From the NCBI RefSeq assembly GCF_006345805.1, contig NC_043008.1, forward strand, positions 57,660,001 through 57,724,000: a stretch of DNA of 64,000 nt, written 5' to 3'. The notes under the pieces are model-generated. The model saw only the letters and a list, made by a program, of their open reading frames with translations, was not told where the DNA came from and made no database searches. Both the position numbers and the translations under genes were made by a program. Shown in pieces: positions 63,532 to 64,000 of the stretch. Each line of letters starts with the position of its first letter. The first letter of the stretch is position 1. This DNA comes from Octopus sinensis (Eukaryota).

Positions 63532-64000
63532 TTAAATAGCTTTAAAAGTTTTGAAAGCTGTGAAGTTTAGCAGCTAGTTATTTACAATTCTTTTATGAGA
63601 AAACTGGGTGGTCGAGAACAAAAACTGGTATCTCAACAATGAAATAAAAAAACCATTCCTTACAATTAAATTTCTCTATTTTAACTTTATTTACGTAATA
63701 TTTCAACTGAGAAAATCTCCAACAGCAATTAACAACTTTAGTCACATACTTGAGTGGAAGGAAGATTGCAAGGTTCTGAGATTTTCCATAAATCAACCTC
63801 CCTTTTATCCCTAATAAACATTTAAACTAAAAATGTTACTTAAAGACAATTAAAATTCTAATGCACCAAAACCCTGTATGAATTAAAGAATTCCTGTTTT
63901 ATGAACCTTGCACTTTAGAATTAATAACTAAAATAGATTGTTAATGGCTTGAAAAAGAACCATTAACCGTTTAGCATTTTCTGCCCTCATTCTTGATCCC

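Overview
AT-rich, repeat-saturated eukaryotic genomic DNA. The repeat complement and microsatellite load suggest a cephalopod (Octopus-like); this is an inference. Two multi-exon genes converge tail-to-tail. (1) A complete spermidine synthase (SRM, + strand) has 8 coding exons at 6490-36469 (288 aa), a CpG/NRF1-type promoter and a probable non-coding first exon. (2) The 3' part of zinc finger RNA-binding protein (ZFR/Zn72D, - strand) has 18 coding exons at 63023-40496 (731 aa in window: end of ZnF1, ZnF2, ZnF3, DZF domain, basic NLS) and a ~2.6 kb TE-free 3'UTR; its 5' end lies beyond the window. The rest is tRNA-derived SINEs (several families), piggyBac- and hAT-type MITEs, mariner, RTE and CR1 fragments, and mini/microsatellites. 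Almost all ORF-track entries are repeat artefacts. The most interesting signals are a 25-nt stem-loop motif exactly duplicated in the ZFR 3'UTR, candidate stop-containing (poison) exons in TE-poor ZFR introns, long near-perfect hairpins next to splice sites of both genes, and a GC-rich nested-hairpin island in SRM intron 6. All coordinates were derived by eye; no searches were run.
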